A stretch of 64,000 nucleotides of DNA from Klebsormidium nitens (lineage: Eukaryota; Plantae; Klebsormidiophyceae). Of the stretch, positions 60,064 through 64,000 are shown piece after piece. Position 1 is the first letter of the stretch. Every line of letters starts with the position of its first letter. The notes under the pieces were generated by a model. That model made no database searches. It saw only the letters and a program-made list of their open reading frames with translations, and had not been told where the DNA came from. The stretch is taken from contig DF237072.1 in NCBI GenBank assembly GCA_000708835.1, positions 1 through 64,000 on the forward strand, given 5' to 3'. A program made the translations under genes and the position numbers.

Positions 60064-63000
60064 TTAGGCTCCAGCCTTGGGATTCGCTATTGCAACGGGC
60101 TCAAGCTCGGGAACCCCCAGATTCTGCCGCGTGGTAACAGTGTACTTTTCCTTCGCCCTAAGCCAGCCCGAGAACCAGCCGTCCCTTCCCATCCGCTTCA
60201 AGCGTGCCATCAAGGAAGCATGCGCTACTCCATCAGGACGGCCGAGCGTGAACATCATAGCCTCCCCTGTCACGAACTGCACATGCAACGTTCAAGTTCG
60301 ACTATCGAACGGCCATATTAGCTTGGGTTCATCAAGCCAATACCCATATCCGTCGGACCGATTTTTCCCCCAATTATGGCTCAGCAAATTATGCAATGGA
60401 CGCATCTATAAAGGCTTTTGCATGGCAATCTTGGGCACTCGCAAATCGACCTACCAGATAGGCAAGACGCTGACAAAGAAAAAACATTGTCACTTCACGA
60501 TGATTGGAAGGGTCCTGAGGTTCCGGGGTTTTGAAGGGCTCTCCCGTCATTATTTGGAGTGCGCATACGTCGATGGGACGATATCCCACCTCAAAGCCGC
60601 CAAATGGAATCCATACTTGTTGCTCCGCAGCATCTCCATACCGAAAGCGTCGCCTCAGATTCATCGCTGTCAAACGCCCCTGCAAGCAAGGGGGACGAAG
60701 CTTCTCCTCATCTTTAAACCTAGGCAGCGACAGGAGTGAGCTAACAAAGTCATTTGGGTAGGAGAGACTTCCAGTGACTTCTACCAGACCTTCCAAGCCC
60801 TGGCCTGGCTTCAGAGTACCTGTCAAAGACGTTTGCTTGCTGGTTTTAGGGAGGGTAAGCACCAAAGGCGAGCCGATTGCTGATGAAGCTGCATGCAAAA
60901 CTCGATCTGCATTTGTGTTGAGCAAAGTCGTCTAGAAGTTGATACACTCCACCTTAAAATTTGAGGCTTGCTTCGCGTAAAGGACACCAACATCGGTTGC
61001 GAAATATGACACTGTCGCCACGACAAGAAAGGCCGCCTAGGCCGTAACGGTGCCACGTCAACATGTTGGTTGTTGTCCAAAAGTGCCACGTCAGCTTCTT
61101 GTTTTGTAAGAAAAGCATGGGGTGACCATTTGCGAGCCAATGGACAACCTGACGCCAGAAGAAGACGCTGCAAAACACTAAATGTACTTCTAAAGAGTCT
61201 CTTGTGACATAAACATATGACCACAACACATCCTTTCGTCACAAGGAAACACAGGACAAGAGCGCGACGAGGTTGCTGACAAAGAAGAGTCTACTCCTGT
61301 CATCTGCAAGTTCGCGCATGCTTTTAAGGTAAGCACTCACATGAGCGGCCGCCAGATATCCGAGCTTCGTTTCTTTGATGTCGGTCGCATCTCCAACCGC
61401 GTAGATGTTGTGGTAGCCCTTTACTTGTAGGCATTCGGTCACCTGCAGAAGCAAGCTACGAAGATTTCCGGGGGCAGGTAAACGCAACAGCTCCCGCAAT
61501 GCCGAAAGCTGTGTGTATTCCATGCCGACTTTTCACGGAAGATTCGAACCACTTTGGATGAAACTGAAGAAAGAGAAAAGTGAGCCAAGAAAAACAACAA
61601 GCTCCGGCTAACACGAAAACTCCAACTCCAAAACGTGCTTGCTCCGCACCTGCCCGCCCTAACCCCCAGAGTAACCTACTCGTCTCAGTGCGGTTGCCTT
61701 AGTGCTTTTTGTTAGCTTTCTTGAAGTTCGATCCACTTCGGCCTTGCAAGTAGGTTTACTGCAAAGCCTGTCAATTGGCACCGTCCAAAGTCGGGGCACT
61801 TCCGGTGTTCGCGTGCAAGGATCAAATCGCCAAACCAGGACTCAAAATCAAGTCAGTTAAAACATTAGCAGATATGAAAAACAAAAAAAATCGCAGAAGG
61901 ACCTGACCCTCCAATTCTGAAAACGATAGTAAGAGACGATGGCAAAGAACATCTAGGCAAAAAAGGAGGATTCCAATCACGAGAAAAGCTTTTGCACAGC
62001 AAGTGGATGCACGCCCAACTTACCTCAATAAAGCCTTTCGTGTTCAGCGGCACCAGCCCCCCTTTCAGAAAGTCGGTGTTCGGTTTTCCGCCAACGGTCA
62101 TGTATACGATTTCAGCGTCGAAGCTTCGGCCGTCGGCGGTGGAGTACACCCCGTCCGCGTTCTTTGAAGCACGAGTGTTCACGTGGATCTGGAGACGGGA
62201 TGACCGCATGGCAAACTATCTGGTGTCTCGGAACGAAGTTAGCGCCGTCTCGTCGAAGAAAAGTTGGACTAGTTCAATCGAGTAAGTGACCCGACTGCTT
62301 CAATTCGTTGGATCGAACAGGGCAAGCCAGTGGCTGAAGCGCAAACTGCAGTCGTGCCAGAATTTTCCTTGGTTGCCAGGTGATGCGGGGCCTTATCAAA
62401 TATTAACTTCATGTCAACATACATTGCAATACCGTGGCATCAGACACAGCTGAATTTTGATGAAGCACCTGCCGCCTTAACCCAACCTCACGTTCAACTA
62501 ATCGTGCCCCTGACGCAGGGGTGCAAAGTCTGCTAAAGCTTGCCTTCCAAAACATAGGAATCGCCGAGTCTGGGGCTCACTGGAAAGCTAGGCAGGTCGG
62601 CTGATTGAGCACACGTGATCTTTCTCTCGCTGTGGGCAATCCCAACTTCGGTTCGACCATAAGCCTAGATCGTCAACCCTGAACCTTGAATCCTACTCGC
62701 AAAACTAGTGATCACTCCCCTCCACATTGAACGCCGACTCTTGACACCAACAGATGTCGTTTCCTTGAATGAGCACTAACAGGATTCATGGAATGTGAAC
62801 TAGGGCCGGCGGAGTTTCCTGGAGCCTCACCTCTACTCCTTGTCTTTCGAGATGATCCTTCGCCGCAACCCCAATCTCCGCAGGCTTGTCGGCAATCAGC
62901 CGCTCTCCAGATGTAAGCAGAGTGATCTTCTTGTTTGGCATTTTACTTAAGACCTCCCCTGCTAATTCAACCCCCACTATGCCCCCTCCAATGATAAGAA

Positions 63001-63666
63001 TACGTGTGGCAGATCGCAGCCGAGCGTGCTCTTGCTGCAGATGTCGAAAGGAAGGTAAACGTTTTGAGGATGCCCGCAGGGGGAGTCACGTGTTCAGTGC
63101 ATTGTTAGCGTTCTCCGGAGCAACTTGCCAGGATCAGATTCCCTACAAGCTCGGGTAAGCTATGGTCAGGATTTTCAAGCTATGATCAGGATTTTCAATC
63201 CTAGGCCGGGGACGATGCGTGAAAGTCGGAGAGACACCCTTTCGGCGGGACCTGCCTCTTGGCACCATAAGCGCAGCCAGTGATGCAAGCTGCGACTTCC
63301 AGTTGAAACTGACAGCTGAGAGCGAGACGTGGTGAACATTCCCAAGCTGCCTACTTACATACTGATCGTCCCTACCAGGCATAGCTACTCACACCGCATG
63401 ACACAGTGTTGAAACGTCAAGAAACAGGTGGCAAAAATACATGGTAATTTCTTCTCCTAAATAGTGGATGGCACGTCCTACCTGAATGATGTTCTGGCGC
63501 TCCTCGAGCGAGTGGCAGAAGGCCTTGATAGGACCTTCCGCATACGTTGACCCAGGCGCAAGGATGAGCCACTCATACGCAAGGTCCCAGGGCCCTGTCA
63601 GCGCGCCGTTGTCCACTGTCACATGGTCTTCATGCACTGCAAGGACGCGCCCCTTGACCATCCGAC
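60064..63666 (-). CDS. FAD-dependent pyridine nucleotide-disulfide oxidoreductase, FSP1/AIF-M2 (AMID)-like; 5' part not found in the window
   Basis: Exons 63482-63666, 62831-63034, 62024-62188, 61341-61442, 60590-60679, 60064-60276. Motifs: YEWLILAPGS, ILIIGGGIVGVELAGE, VGGKPNTDFL, LQVKGYHNIYAVGD, MMFTLGRPDGVA. Confidence 0.92.
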
Positions 63667-64000
63667 CTGTAGGCAATGTGAGAGTCGATTGGATAAGGTA
63701 GACGGTCCTCCCTTGCGCGATTTGCCTACTTGAGATCGAGAGGTCAGTTAGTCAAGTCGACAGGGTTTGACAACCCTGCCTCCTCCAGTTGCATTTTGTG
63801 ATACGCAGCAATTGGTACGGCCTGATTGCCAAACATGGAAACATGCCTTCGTCTGGAAGGAGTTTTGCTCTGAAGAATGGGAATACGGGTGCAAAGATTG
63901 GGATTCGACGGCTGGTGCCAGCAAGGGACAAGGACTTGAAAGCCATTCACAAACCAATTATTTAAGTCTTGAACTGTCACTCAATTTGCCAGTGTTACGT

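Noticed and set aside
60077-60739. 220-aa + strand ORF
   Set aside because: Antisense shadow of the oxidoreductase exons; no independent motifs.
60389-60925. 178-aa - strand ORF as a single exon
   Set aside because: Only 60590-60679 fits the FSP1-like alignment with splice sites; the rest is intron read-through.

Overview
Intron-rich eukaryotic nuclear DNA, most likely a streptophyte green alga such as Klebsormidium. This is an inference from the GTRAG/YAG splice sites, a PTB-type Na+/Pi transporter, an RRLLQ propeptide and a green-type rbcL fragment. I reconstructed the exon chains by hand from splice sites, phase and protein motifs. Well-supported genes: a DPB3/NF-YC13-like histone-fold protein (+, 21188-24224), a UDP-Gal/GONST5-like nucleotide-sugar transporter (-, 25681-31304), a PHO4/SLC20 phosphate transporter (-, ~37229-47591), an F-box/LRR protein (+, 51196-58685) and an FSP1/AIF-M2-like FAD oxidoreductase (-, 60064->63666, 5' end not found in the window). 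Two genes are unidentified: a large membrane protein (-, ~9758-17600) and a secreted protein with an in-frame TGA (-, ~384-3011). Also present are an rbcL plastid-DNA insertion, two MITEs (one carrying a tRNA-like segment), decayed copia-like and FkbM-like relics, and an assembly gap (13216-13509). The most striking unexplained pattern is 'exon echoes'. In four unrelated genes, introns contain arrays of ~60-150 bp degenerate tandem copies of the adjacent splice junction plus exon edge, on both the acceptor and donor sides. Similarity tends to decay with distance from the functional exon, and many copies keep an intact AG or GT. Other notable items are a triple P1BS array upstream of the phosphate transporter and a dispersed intronic repeat in both orientations inside that gene. 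All alignments are by eye; no database searches were run.
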